From NCBI GenBank assembly GCA_965228875.1, contig OZ245843.1:850616-914615 (forward strand): 64,000 nt of DNA. Reading direction: 5' to 3'. Origin of the DNA: Thalassobaculaceae bacterium (GTDB lineage Bacteria; Pseudomonadota; Alphaproteobacteria; Thalassobaculales; Thalassobaculaceae). The notes under the pieces are model-generated. The model was not told the origin of the DNA, did not search any database, and was given only the letters and a program-made list of their open reading frames with translations. Positions within the stretch are counted from its first letter, which is position 1, and every line of letters starts with the position of its first letter. The position numbers and the translations under genes were made by a program. This document shows positions 1 through 9,309 of the stretch, one piece after another.

Positions 1-96
1 GAAGACATGCTGAACATCGACCTGCGCAACTGGGCCCGGGGCGACAAGCACCGCTACTTCGACATTGCAAGCCAGCCGTTCCGTACCGCCGACTGA
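1..96 (+). CDS. 3' end of a gene truncated by the window edge (...EDMLNIDLRNWARGDKHRYFDIASQPFRTAD*), product unknown
   Basis: Open frame from base 1 to TGA at 94-96 with GC-rich third positions; an imperfect hairpin follows at 102-151. Confidence 0.6.
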   Translation, partial: EDMLNIDLRNWARGDKHRYFDIASQPFRTAD

Positions 97-101
97 AACC
101 A

Positions 102-151
102 CCCGCTCCGGACCCGGACCGCATGACCAAGCGGCTCCAGGTCCGGGCGGG
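102..151 (+). terminator. Imperfect GC-rich stem-loop after the first gene
   Basis: CCCGCTCCGGACC ... GGTCCGGGCGGG; no U-tract. Confidence 0.3.
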
Positions 152-550
152 AGAAGAACCTTCGCCGGCACGCCGATATTGCGCGGCTGGCGCCATCATC
201 GTCTGATGAAGCCGGTCTCCAACGCCCTCACATCTCTCGACGCCTCGTGACGGATTGCCGGCAAGCGGCCTTGGGTCAAGGCCAGCTCATTGCCGGCGCC
301 ACGGACGGCTTGATGTGTCCGGAACTCCGTTAAGACGTTCTGCCAACGATGCGACGGTGCCTACAACCCAGCGAACCGGTCGGATTGGTTGAAGTCGCCA
401 TGACTGACGGGAGTGGCTGCGTGCGGAGGCGACTGCCCAGCATCAGGTCGCCAACAGTCTGGTTGGGCGGCGGCTCTGGGACAGTGTTTTGAGCGGCTTC
501 TCTATCGTCACCCGGGACACTGAGCTGCTTGGCGATCACCTGATTGCAGT

Positions 551-567
551 ATGTTATAACGTAACGT
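551..567 (+). promoter_or_regulatory. Zur box
   Basis: ATGTTATAACGTAACGT resembles the GTTAT-N3-ATAAC Zur palindrome; AT-rich patch directly upstream of a zinc-uptake operon. Confidence 0.7.
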
Positions 568-597
568 ATGAATGGGTACCTTGATTGGAGTCAGAAC

Positions 598-1000
598 GTG
601 AATAAGCGGGGGGCGACGCATGCAGACGGAGATGTTGGCGGTTCTTTGCCGGCAGGACCGTCCGTTGACCGCATTCAAGGTTCAGGCGGGGTTATGGGGT
701 TCCAATCCGAGGTTCGCGTCACCAACGATTTATCGAGCGCGAACCGTGCTGGTGGAGCAGGGGCGGGTACATCGTCTCGAGGCCCTGAGTGCTGGTATAG
801 CGGGCCAAGGCTTGGCGCATCAGCGCGCAGTAATCCTGGCCAACAGCAACGACTGCGGCAGCGTCGAGGAAGGCACTGCTCCCCGTTCGCTGATGGGCCA
901 CTCGCACACCTCAAGTAGGTTCGGGACTACGCCGGCGCGCCATGTGGTCGACGTCCAAGGCCACTGTGCCGCCTGCGATGGCGGGGAGGTGTCAGGATGA
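598..1000 (+). pseudogene. zur: Zur/Fur-family regulator, frameshifted and degenerate
   Basis: RBS GGAG (587-590) and GTG at 598 give VNKRG, out of frame with MQTEMLAVL at 620 across a G6 run (608-613). PTIYRA..L.E.G.VHRLE and the C-terminal HCAAC are retained, but the first CxxC reads NSNDC and NAFIAC reads SAGIAG. Confidence 0.7.
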
Positions 1001-1128
1001 GGGGGATGCACTCCATGGGGCGCCTTCTTCTCCTCGGCGCGGGGCCGCGTTTGATCGGTGCCGCACTGATCGTGGCGGCGCTTTGGGCAGGCTTCTTCTG
1101 GGCGACCTCGACGCCGGGGGCGCTATGA
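997..1128 (+). CDS. Small 43-aa hydrophobic membrane peptide (MRGMHSMGRLLLLGAGPRLIGAALIVAALWAGFFWATSTPGAL)
   Basis: ATGA overlaps with the zur stop (997-1000) and with the ATPase start (1125-1128); one hydrophobic helix; below the ORF-track cutoff. Confidence 0.7.
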   Translation: MRGMHSMGRLLLLGAGPRLIGAALIVAALWAGFFWATSTPGAL

Positions 1129-1868
1129 CCGCGGTTGTCGCCTTCCAGGATCTGACGCTTGGATACGACCGGTTGCCGGCGGTTCACCGACTGGATACCG
1201 AGATCGCGCAAGGTAGCCTGACGGCCGTCGTCGGCCCTAATGGGGCCGGTAAATCCACGCTGTTGAAAGGCGTGGTCGGTACCCTGTCGCCATTGGAGGG
1301 GCGGGTGGCGTTCGGCGCGCTTCGGCAGGAGGACATTGCATATCTGCCGCAACAGTCGGAGATCGATCAGTCCTTTCCGCTCTCCGTCGTGGATCTTGTC
1401 GCCATGGGGCTCTGGCGGGAGATCGGTCCCTTCGGATGGTTCGGCAAGACGCACCGTGCCCGTGTCGAGGAGGCGATCGCCGCCGTCGGACTGACCGGGC
1501 TCGAGACCCGCGTGATCGGATCTCTGTCGGGTGGTCAGATGCAACGGGCGCTCTTCGCCCGCCTCCTCTTGCAGGATGCGCGGTTGGTCCTGCTCGATGA
1601 GCCCTTCACCGCGATCGACGCCCGCACCATGGCGGATCTTCTTGGGGTGATCCGCCGGTGGCACGGTGAAGGACGGACGGTTCTGGCCGTCCTGCATGAT
1701 CATGACATTGTTCGGGAGCAGTTTCCGCGCACGCTGATGCTGGCGCGGGAACTCGTCGCCCACGGTCCCACCGACAATGTTCTCACGGCGGAGAACCAGT
1801 TTCGCGCTCGCCAGATGTGCGAAGCCTGTGCCGGACCGCCGCATGTCTGCGGCCGGAGTGCGGCATGA
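1125..1868 (+). CDS. Zn/Mn ABC transporter ATP-binding protein (ZnuC/AztA-like)
   Basis: GPNGAGKS Walker A, LSGGQ signature, LLDEP; start reassigned to ATG 1125. Confidence 0.93.
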   Translation: MTAVVAFQDLTLGYDRLPAVHRLDTEIAQGSLTAVVGPNGAGKSTLLKGVVGTLSPLEGRVAFGALRQEDIAYLPQQSEIDQSFPLSVVDLVAMGLWREIGPFGWFGKTHRARVEEAIAAVGLTGLETRVIGSLSGGQMQRALFARLLLQDARLVLLDEPFTAIDARTMADLLGVIRRWHGEGRTVLAVLHDHDIVREQFPRTLMLARELVAHGPTDNVLTAENQFRARQMCEACAGPPHVCGRSAA

Positions 1869-2734
1869 TCTGGGACGTCCTGATTGCGCCGTTCGCGGAT
1901 TTTGGCTTCATGCGTCGCGCCCTGTTCGGCTGCGTCGCGGTTTCTGTGGGCGCCACGCCGGTGGGCGTTTTCCTGATGCTGCGGCGGATGAGCCTGACCG
2001 GCGACGCGATGGCCCACGCGATCCTGCCTGGCGCGGCTGTGGGGTATCTGGTTTCTGGGTTGTCGCTCGGGGCCATGACCGTTGGCGGGCTTGTCGCCGG
2101 CATGGCGGTCGCGTTGCTGTCGGGGCTGGTCACGCGCGTTACCGCCCTGCGCGAGGACGCGAGCCTCGCGGCGTTCTACCTGATCTCTTTGGCTCTCGGG
2201 GTCCTGATCGTCTCGACCCGTGGCAGCAATGTCGACCTGATGCATGTGCTCTTCGGCACCGTGCTCGCCCTCGACGACGCCGCGCTGATCTTGCTGTGCT
2301 CGATCGCGAGCATCACGGTTCTCGTTCTCGCGACCATGTTCCGGCCGCTGGTCCTGGAATGCGCCGACCCGCAGTTTCTACGCTCGGTCAGCGGGTTGAG
2401 CGCGGTGACCCACTTCACCTTTCTGACTCTCGTGGTGCTGAACCTGGTCGGCGGGTTCCATGCATTGGGCACGCTCATGGCGGTCGGCATCATGATCCTG
2501 CCGGCGGCCGGTGCGCGCTTTTGGGCCGCCGGCATCGGCGGTCTGATCGTCGCCTCCGGAGCCATCGCCGTGCTGTCCAGCGTGATCGGGCTGCTGCTGT
2601 CGTTCCACCTCAGCCTGCCGTCGGGGCCGGCGATCATCCTCGTGGCCGGGCTCGCCTACGGGATGTCGTTGGTGTTCGGGCCGGTGGGCGGTCTCGTCGC
2701 GCGGATGCAGCCGCGTTCCCGCCTAGAACTGTGA
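1865..2734 (+). CDS. Zn/Mn ABC transporter permease (ZnuB/AztB-like, ABC-3)
   Basis: RRMSLTGDAMAHAILPG motif, multiple TM helices, ATGA overlap with the ATPase. Confidence 0.93.
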   Translation: MIWDVLIAPFADFGFMRRALFGCVAVSVGATPVGVFLMLRRMSLTGDAMAHAILPGAAVGYLVSGLSLGAMTVGGLVAGMAVALLSGLVTRVTALREDASLAAFYLISLALGVLIVSTRGSNVDLMHVLFGTVLALDDAALILLCSIASITVLVLATMFRPLVLECADPQFLRSVSGLSAVTHFTFLTLVVLNLVGGFHALGTLMAVGIMILPAAGARFWAAGIGGLIVASGAIAVLSSVIGLLLSFHLSLPSGPAIILVAGLAYGMSLVFGPVGGLVARMQPRSRLEL

Positions 2735-2745
2735 AAGGACTGCCG

Positions 2746-3753
2746 ATGACGACCCGCAGAACCCTCCTTACATCCGCCGCGGCATTGGTCACCCTGTCTC
2801 TTGCCGGACCCGCGTCCGCCCAGTCGAGCGAGCCGGTCCCGGTCGTCGCGACGTTCTCCATCCTTGGCGACATGGTGGCGCGCATCGGCGGCGAGCATGT
2901 CTCGGTCACCACGCTCGTCGATCCCGATGGGGACGCGCATGTCTATCAACCGACCCCGGCAGATGCCCGGTCGGTCCGCGAAGCCAAGGTTCTGTTTGTG
3001 AACGGGCTCGAGTTCGAAGGCTGGATCGACCGTCTCGTGGACGCCTCTGGCTTCAGTGGCACCCGAGTGGTGGCGACCCAGGGGATCGAGCCGATCGCGT
3101 TCGACGACCATGACGATCACCACGGCCATGGCAAAGACGAGCACGATAAGGACGACCATGGCCATGCGCACGACGGCAAGCATGGCGATGACAAGCACGA
3201 CGCCCATGCCGGTCATGACCATGGTGCGTTCGATCCGCATGCCTGGCAGAGCCTTGGAAATGCGGTGACGTATGCCGAGAACATCATGATCGCTCTGGCC
3301 CAGGCCGATCCGGACAATGCGGCCGCGTTCTACCGGAACCGCGTCGCCTATGTGGCCGAGATCAAAGCGTTGGATGCGGAGGTTCGAGCCCAGATCGACC
3401 AACTGCCAGAGAACAAGCGCACCGTCGTGACCTCACACGACGCGTTCCAGTATTTCGGTCGCGACTACGGACTGGTCTTTCTCGCGCCTCAGGGACTCAG
3501 CACGGAGGCCGAGGCATCGGCGAAGGATGTCGCCCATCTGATCGAGCAGATGCGCAAGGAAGGCATTTCGGCGGTCTTCGTCGAAAACATCACTGACGCG
3601 CGGCTGCTCGAACAGATTGCCCGCGAGACCGGTGCCACGATCGGCGGAACCCTCTATCCGGGAGCCCTTTCCGGTCCGGACGGCCCGGCAGCCACTTATC
3701 TCGACATGATGCGCCACAACGCGACGACGCTCGCGACGGCGCTTGGGTCGTAA
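2746..3753 (+). CDS. Zinc ABC substrate-binding protein (cluster A-I) with His/Asp-rich loop
   Basis: Signal peptide, VVATFSIL, DAHVY, DPHAW, TSHDAF, long His/Asp-rich insert; RBS AAGGA. Confidence 0.93.
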   Translation: MTTRRTLLTSAAALVTLSLAGPASAQSSEPVPVVATFSILGDMVARIGGEHVSVTTLVDPDGDAHVYQPTPADARSVREAKVLFVNGLEFEGWIDRLVDASGFSGTRVVATQGIEPIAFDDHDDHHGHGKDEHDKDDHGHAHDGKHGDDKHDAHAGHDHGAFDPHAWQSLGNAVTYAENIMIALAQADPDNAAAFYRNRVAYVAEIKALDAEVRAQIDQLPENKRTVVTSHDAFQYFGRDYGLVFLAPQGLSTEAEASAKDVAHLIEQMRKEGISAVFVENITDARLLEQIARETGATIGGTLYPGALSGPDGPAATYLDMMRHNATTLATALGS

Positions 3754-3828
3754 CGCGCCGCCAGCGCCGCGGCTGACGACACCTTCCGCATACCACCAAC
3801 AGAGCACTGTAACGTCAGGGGACATTCT

Positions 3829-5394
3829 ATGTTGAGAAACCGGCTCATGATTCCTGGGGCATTGGCCGTCCTGGTGGGCGCCTCGGTCCAGGCGACGCCT
3901 GCCGTGGCGCAAAGCCTGGAGGAGCGACTGAACGCGCTGGAGCAGGACTATGTGAAGATCCTGGTCCGGGAGCGTGAGAAGCAGGAAGAGATAGAGCAAC
4001 TCCGAGAGGAGCTTGAGCGTCTACGCCGCGGCGACCGGACGTCTCCCGATGCATCACACGGACATGGACATGGGCATGGGCACGCCCACGAAGGGGACAA
4101 GAAGCAGGGCAGCTCGACCGCTTCCCAAGCCTCGACCCAGGAAGGCCACGACCACGCCCATGACCACGGCGGCCACGGTCATCACGACGATCATTCGAAC
4201 GGGTACAGCTCCGTCCTGCTCGAGACGGAGGACGTGATCGTGTACGCGCCGGCCATCGGCGTCGACCTCTCCCTCTATCAGGACGATGGCGACACAGCCC
4301 TGGAAAGCCGGCTGGAGGAGCTCGCGGGTTTCGGCGGCGGCCATTCGCATGGGGAGGGCGAGGAAGGTCACGGCCTGGAGGATGGCTTCAACCTTCGTCA
4401 CGCGGAAGTCGGTCTCGCTGTGGGCCTGAAGGGCATCGCCCGAGCCCAGGTGTTGTTCAACGGCTCAGAGGATGGCGTCGAGACCGAGGAGGCCTTCGTC
4501 GTATCAGAGCCCATCGGCGACGTCCTCACCCTGAAGGCCGGTCTCTTTCGCAGCGGCTTCGGATTCTTCAACGCCAAACACTCGCCCGAGTGGGATTTCG
4601 TCAACCAGCCGCTGGCGAACTTCGCTCTCCTGGGTGACCACGGATTGGATGGGCTTGGCGGACAGGCGGTATTTTCACCGGGCAACGGCCGGGTGACGTT
4701 CGGCGTGGAAGCGTTCAACGGTGATGGCGAGACACTGTTCTCGCGCGAGGACGGCATTGAGGACCAGGACAACCCCGGCGTGATCGTCGGCTGGATCAAG
4801 GGAGATGCTTTCCGGACTTCCAGCAGCACGCTTCGCCTTGGGTTTGCCGGAGGATACGGAATCCACCAGCAGGAACTTGAAGCGCATGAGCATGAAGAAG
4901 AAGAGGAGGAACACGAGCACGAACACGAGGAGGAAGAGGAAGAAGAGCGCTTCGGTGACGGTCGTGCCTGGTTCATTTCTCCCGGGTTCGAGTTCGTGAG
5001 CCAAGGCAGTGGCCCTCGCCTCGAGGGGGATTGGACCGTCCGCGGCGAGTACATCTATCGCTTCAAAGATCTCGATATTGTCGACGAGTCGGAGACCTAC
5101 GAAGCGAAACAGGACGGCTACTATCTGGAGGCCTTGTATGGCGTGACGCCGAGCTTCCAGATCGGTGCCCGGTTCGATCAGATTGGCTTGGTCAACTCGA
5201 TCACGGACGAGGACGAGAAAACCAGCTACGACAGTAGTGAGCAGATCTCGCTTGTTGGATCCTACTGGTTCAACGACTGGGCTCGCCTGAGCGGACAGGT
5301 GGGTTTCGGCGACTACGCGTTCGAGGACGGCAACGACGAGGTTATGCACGGTTCCCTGCGGTTCACCATGCAACTTGGCCCTCACTTCCACTGA
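3829..5394 (+). CDS. Putative zinc-regulated outer-membrane beta-barrel protein with His- and His/Glu-rich tracts
   Basis: Signal peptide, N-terminal coiled coil, His-rich tracts, alternating beta-strand pattern, C-terminus SLRFTMQLGPHFH; last gene of the Zn operon. Confidence 0.75.
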   Translation: MLRNRLMIPGALAVLVGASVQATPAVAQSLEERLNALEQDYVKILVREREKQEEIEQLREELERLRRGDRTSPDASHGHGHGHGHAHEGDKKQGSSTASQASTQEGHDHAHDHGGHGHHDDHSNGYSSVLLETEDVIVYAPAIGVDLSLYQDDGDTALESRLEELAGFGGGHSHGEGEEGHGLEDGFNLRHAEVGLAVGLKGIARAQVLFNGSEDGVETEEAFVVSEPIGDVLTLKAGLFRSGFGFFNAKHSPEWDFVNQPLANFALLGDHGLDGLGGQAVFSPGNGRVTFGVEAFNGDGETLFSREDGIEDQDNPGVIVGWIKGDAFRTSSSTLRLGFAGGYGIHQQELEAHEHEEEEEEHEHEHEEEEEEERFGDGRAWFISPGFEFVSQGSGPRLEGDWTVRGEYIYRFKDLDIVDESETYEAKQDGYYLEALYGVTPSFQIGARFDQIGLVNSITDEDEKTSYDSSEQISLVGSYWFNDWARLSGQVGFGDYAFEDGNDEVMHGSLRFTMQLGPHFH

Positions 5395-5422
5395 CGAAGC
5401 CGACCCTTTGATGGTCAACGAA

Positions 5423-5451
5423 GGCACCGCCGCGGCTGATGCGGCGGTGCC
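5423..5451. terminator. Stem-loop between convergent operons
   Basis: Perfect 11-bp stem GGCACCGCCGC-N7-GCGGCGGTGCC. Confidence 0.6.
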
Positions 5452-5594
5452 GCAATCTGGCTGACGGGACCAACAATCACGTGCCGGGACCATTCACCTC
5501 GAACGGCGAACAGGGAAGTATGGACCGCGAACAGCGAACTCGTTGACCTGCAGCAGGAAGTTTCAGCTGCCACGCTCTTCTCAAGCCCTCGCTC

Positions 5595-6995
5595 TCAGCT
5601 AACCTGCCGCGGCGCCTGGAAACTGGCAGTTCCCGCTTTCTCCAGCACCTTCGACGCTCTCAGGCATAGATCCTCGCGCCAAGGAGCCGCGATCACTTGT
5701 ACGCCAATCGGGAGGCCGGCAGAGGCAACGGGAACCGCGCAGACCGGCAAACCGATGGCCGAAATCGGTTGAGTGAACAGGCCGATATTCGGGCGCAGCA
5801 AGACCTCCCGACCATGGATCATCACGGTCCGCTGGCCGATCTCCGGGGCCGGGAAGGGGGTCGCCGGGGCGATCAGCACGTCGACCTCGCGGAACACCTT
5901 GGCGAACTGATCGCGATACCAGCGGCGGACCTGCTGCGCGCGGGCGTACCAGGCGCCCGGCAGCATCGCGCCCGCGAGGAAACGGTCGCGGGTGTCAGGA
6001 TCGAAGTCGTCGAGCCGGGCGCGCAGGTTCTTCATGTGCAGTGCCGCGCTCTCTACATTGGTGATCAGAAACGCGGCGGCCCGACCCTCGGCCACACCGG
6101 TCACCTCGACCGGTCCACGGGCATCGAGGGCCGCGGCGACGGACTGGACGGCGGCATCCGCCTCCGGCATACCCTCGGGCGAGAAATAGCCGCCCAGGGT
6201 GGCGATCCTCAGGCCGTCGATCCCGGCATCCAGGGAGCCGGTGACCGATTCGACCGGACGGTCGGCGCAGGCAGGATCCCCGTCAGCCGGGCCCTGCATG
6301 ACATCGTAGGTCACGGCCAGGTCGCGAACCGACCGGGCGAGCGGGCCGAGATGGTCGAGGCTGTCGCAGAACGGAAAGCTGCCGGCCCGGCTCAGTCGGC
6401 CATAGGTCGGTTTCAGGCCGAAAACGCCGCAGAACGAGGCCGGGACCCGGATCGATCCGTTGGTGTCGGAGCCCAGGGCGAAGGCGTCGAGGCCGGCCGC
6501 CGTCGCCGAGCCGCTGCCCGAGGACGAACCGCCGGCCATACGGGTCGTGTCGTGCGGGTTGCGGCAGGTGTCGTCATTCGCGTTCTCGCCGGTGAAGTCG
6601 TAGGCATATTCACCCATGTTCAGGCCGCCGATCAGCACCGCTCCGGCGGCGGTGAGTCGGCGGATCAACACCGCATCGGTCTCCGCCGGCGGCAGGTCGC
6701 GGTTGATCTTCGAGCCAGCCCGGGTCGGCAGGCCCTCGATGTCGAACAGGTTCTTCACCGCGAACGGGACGCCGGCGAGCAGACCGAGCGGCCTTCCGGC
6801 CGCGCGGTCGGCGTCGATCCCGCGCGCCTGGGTCAGGGCCCGGTCGGCCGTGACATCGGTGAAGGCGTTGACCGTCGGATTGGTCGCGGAGACCCGGTCG
6901 AGGGCCGCACTCGTGACAGCCTCGGCGGTGACCGTGCCGGCAGCGATCGCCTCGGCGACCCGCCAGGCGGGGGCGAAGGGGTCAGGTCCGCTCAT
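5595..6995 (-). CDS. atzE: AtzE-family amidase (1-carboxybiuret hydrolase-like)
   Basis: Amidase signature AVKNLFD, GGSSSGS, GSDTNGSIR; YAYDFTGEN and LRPNIGLFTQPIS are typical of AtzE. Confidence 0.85.
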   Translation of the reverse strand: MSGPDPFAPAWRVAEAIAAGTVTAEAVTSAALDRVSATNPTVNAFTDVTADRALTQARGIDADRAAGRPLGLLAGVPFAVKNLFDIEGLPTRAGSKINRDLPPAETDAVLIRRLTAAGAVLIGGLNMGEYAYDFTGENANDDTCRNPHDTTRMAGGSSSGSGSATAAGLDAFALGSDTNGSIRVPASFCGVFGLKPTYGRLSRAGSFPFCDSLDHLGPLARSVRDLAVTYDVMQGPADGDPACADRPVESVTGSLDAGIDGLRIATLGGYFSPEGMPEADAAVQSVAAALDARGPVEVTGVAEGRAAAFLITNVESAALHMKNLRARLDDFDPDTRDRFLAGAMLPGAWYARAQQVRRWYRDQFAKVFREVDVLIAPATPFPAPEIGQRTVMIHGREVLLRPNIGLFTQPISAIGLPVCAVPVASAGLPIGVQVIAAPWREDLCLRASKVLEKAGTASFQAPRQVS

Positions 6996-7633
6996 GCGCC
7001 GTCACTCTCGGTCTCGGCGTCGCAAGCGTAGGTGGGATCGAACACGGCCGCCAGGGCCAGCGTACCCTCGGGCACCGGTGCGGCTTCCAGCAGGGCCACC
7101 ATGTCCCGGACGATGGTGAGGAAGGGCTTCACCGACTCGATCCGTTGCTCGTCGAGGTCGAGGTCCAGCATCGGCGCCGTCGCGCGGATGTAGGCGTCGG
7201 CGTCGAATGCGGAAGCCGCCATGCAGTTCTCCTGATCTGTCCGGGTGGGTCGTTCTGGCGGAGGCAGCAGGCTCACATGGGCCGCCACCACCCGCCAGCC
7301 CTCGGGCATGCGCACCCAAGTCTGGCTCTGGCGTCCCATGCGGCCGTTGGATCTCCGCCGATACTCAGTGAAGGCGATGGCATGGTCGGTGCCATAGGAG
7401 GTGATCGCCGTTCGGGTCAGATCCCGAGCGATGTCGCTGACGTCCCGGGCGCTGCGGTAGGAAGAGATCTCGGCGAAGCCGTACAGCGCCTCCTGCGGGC
7501 CGTAGCGGATGGTCTCGGGCGCGTTCAGGAACAGCTCGTTCAGCACCGCGATGTCGTTCTCCATCAACGCGGTCTCATAGCGTCGGAACGCGGCCTCGAC
7601 CTCGGCCCGGACCTCGGGGATATTGATCTCCAT
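6992..7633 (-). CDS. In-frame AtzH/HpxZ-like (DUF3225) plus AtzG-like (DUF4089) fusion; internal start at 7222
   Basis: N-terminal part MEINIPEVRAEV...GRQSQTWVRMPEGWRVVAAHVS; C-terminal part begins MAASAFDADAYI after an AGGAG RBS and ends LAAVFDP. Confidence 0.75.
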   Translation of the reverse strand: MEINIPEVRAEVEAAFRRYETALMENDIAVLNELFLNAPETIRYGPQEALYGFAEISSYRSARDVSDIARDLTRTAITSYGTDHAIAFTEYRRRSNGRMGRQSQTWVRMPEGWRVVAAHVSLLPPPERPTRTDQENCMAASAFDADAYIRATAPMLDLDLDEQRIESVKPFLTIVRDMVALLEAAPVPEGTLALAAVFDPTYACDAETESDGA

Positions 7634-7642
7634 CGCGCGTTG

Positions 7643-9292
7643 CTACTCGGCAGCTTTGGAGACTTGTGTCGCCTCCAGGGCCGCGATGGAGGCCGGCGGC
7701 ATCGGCGTGGCGTCGATCAGGCTGCGGGTATAGGGATCGGCGGGCGCCACCATTATGGATTCCGCAGCTCCCTCCTCGACGACCTGACCTTTGCGCATGA
7801 CGATCACTCGGTCGCAGAGCAGGCGAACCACGTGCAGGTCGTGGCTGACGAAGAGATAGCTGACGCCGAGCCTGGCCCGAAGCTCGGCGAGCAGATTCAG
7901 CACGATGGCCTGGATCGACACGTCGAGCGCCGCTGTCGGCTCGTCGAGGATCAGCAGGCTCGGCCGCGAGGCCAGGGCCCGGGCGATTCCGACCCGCGCC
8001 TTCTGACCGACGGAAAGCTGGTGCGGAAAGCGGTCCAGCAGGGTCAGCGGCAGACCGACCTGAGTGGCCAATTCCTCGACCCTTCCGGCCGGTTTCTCGT
8101 CGGTGAGGCGCCGGATCGGATCGGCGATCGCTTGGCGTGCGGTGAACCGCGGGTTGATGCTGTCGGTGGCGTCCTGGAACACCATCTGCAGGCGACCGCG
8201 CCGCGGATCCCGGGCGAACCTCGCTGCTGGGGTGTCGGTGAGCGGCTTGCCGTCGAGCAGGATCTCGCCGCTGGTCGGATCGAGCAGGCGCATGACCATC
8301 GACGAGGTCGTGGACTTGCCGCAGCCGGACTCGCCGACCAGGCCCAGGGTCTCGCCCTCACGGATGTCGAAGGAAATGTCGTCGACCGCCACCGCCTCGT
8401 CGGCGCCGCGGCCGAACACCTTGCGCAGGTTCCGCACCTCAAGCAGCGGTGCCCCGAGGACCGGACGTGCCGGCGAGGGAACCGGCGGCTCGACCAGGTC
8501 GCCGATCTCCGCACCGGGGCGGGGGGTCGAGCGGATCAGCCGGCGCGTATAGGCGTCCCGCGGATCGGCGAACAGGGCTTTCGGGTTGCCGGCCTCGACC
8601 ACCTCGCCGTCCTTCATGACGACAATGCGGTTGCAGTATTCAGCCGCCAGGCCCAGATCGTGGGTGATCAGGATCGAGCTCATTCCCCGGTTCCGGGTGA
8701 GCTCGGCCAGCAGGTCCATCACCACCTTCTGGGTGGTCACGTCCAGGCCGGTGGTCGGCTCGTCGGCGATCAGCAGGCGCGGGTCGCAGGCCAGCGCCAA
8801 GGCGATCACCACGCGCTGGCACATGCCGCCCGACAGCTCGAAGGGATAGGCGTTGTAACGCTTCTCCGGATCCTCGATGCGTACCGCCTCCAGCGCCTCG
8901 ATCGCGAGTTTCCGTGCCGTGCTGCGGGTCGCCGTGCCGTGGCGGCGCAGAACGTCCTCGATCTGGTGGCCGACCTTGCGGATCGGGTTCAGGGCGGCGC
9001 GCGGGTTCTGGAACACCATGGAAATCTCGCGCCCGCGCATCTCCCGCATCTCGCGGTTGGTGAGGCCGGTCAGGTCGATCCCGTCGAAGGTGATCTGGCC
9101 GCCGGCTATCCTGCCGCTGCGCTCCAGGATGCGCATGACGGCGTAGGAGCTGACCGACTTGCCGGACCCGCTCTCGCCGACGATGCCGAGGGTCTCCCCC
9201 TTGGCCAGCGAGAAGCTGACCCCGCGCACCGCGTTCACGGCCCCGCGGCGGGTATTGAAGGTGACGCTGAGATCCTGGACGTCGAGGAACAT
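7643..9292 (-). CDS. Peptide/nickel-type ABC transporter, fused double ATPase
   Basis: Two GESG(S/C)GKS Walker A motifs, YPFELSGGM and FPHQLSVGQ; start reassigned to ATG 9292. Confidence 0.92.
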   Translation of the reverse strand: MFLDVQDLSVTFNTRRGAVNAVRGVSFSLAKGETLGIVGESGSGKSVSSYAVMRILERSGRIAGGQITFDGIDLTGLTNREMREMRGREISMVFQNPRAALNPIRKVGHQIEDVLRRHGTATRSTARKLAIEALEAVRIEDPEKRYNAYPFELSGGMCQRVVIALALACDPRLLIADEPTTGLDVTTQKVVMDLLAELTRNRGMSSILITHDLGLAAEYCNRIVVMKDGEVVEAGNPKALFADPRDAYTRRLIRSTPRPGAEIGDLVEPPVPSPARPVLGAPLLEVRNLRKVFGRGADEAVAVDDISFDIREGETLGLVGESGCGKSTTSSMVMRLLDPTSGEILLDGKPLTDTPAARFARDPRRGRLQMVFQDATDSINPRFTARQAIADPIRRLTDEKPAGRVEELATQVGLPLTLLDRFPHQLSVGQKARVGIARALASRPSLLILDEPTAALDVSIQAIVLNLLAELRARLGVSYLFVSHDLHVVRLLCDRVIVMRKGQVVEEGAAESIMVAPADPYTRSLIDATPMPPASIAALEATQVSKAAE

Positions 9293-9309
9293 CGCTCCGG
9301 TCCCCTTCT

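Noticed and set aside
203..215. CTGATGA, a possible hammerhead ribozyme core
   Set aside because: No downstream GAAA and no stems I-III
152..545. Short ORFs in the region upstream of the Zur box
   Set aside because: No RBS, atypical codon use and no recognisable motif; possibly decayed DNA
1777..2745. Apparent long N-terminal extension on the Zn SBP (658-aa ORF)
   Set aside because: Overlaps the permease in another frame; RBS and signal peptide place the start at 2746
3100..4947. Repetitive CAC/GAC/GAG tracts as a possible repeat array or CRISPR
   Set aside because: They are His/Asp/Glu codon runs within proteins; no repeat-spacer array or cas gene was seen anywhere in the window
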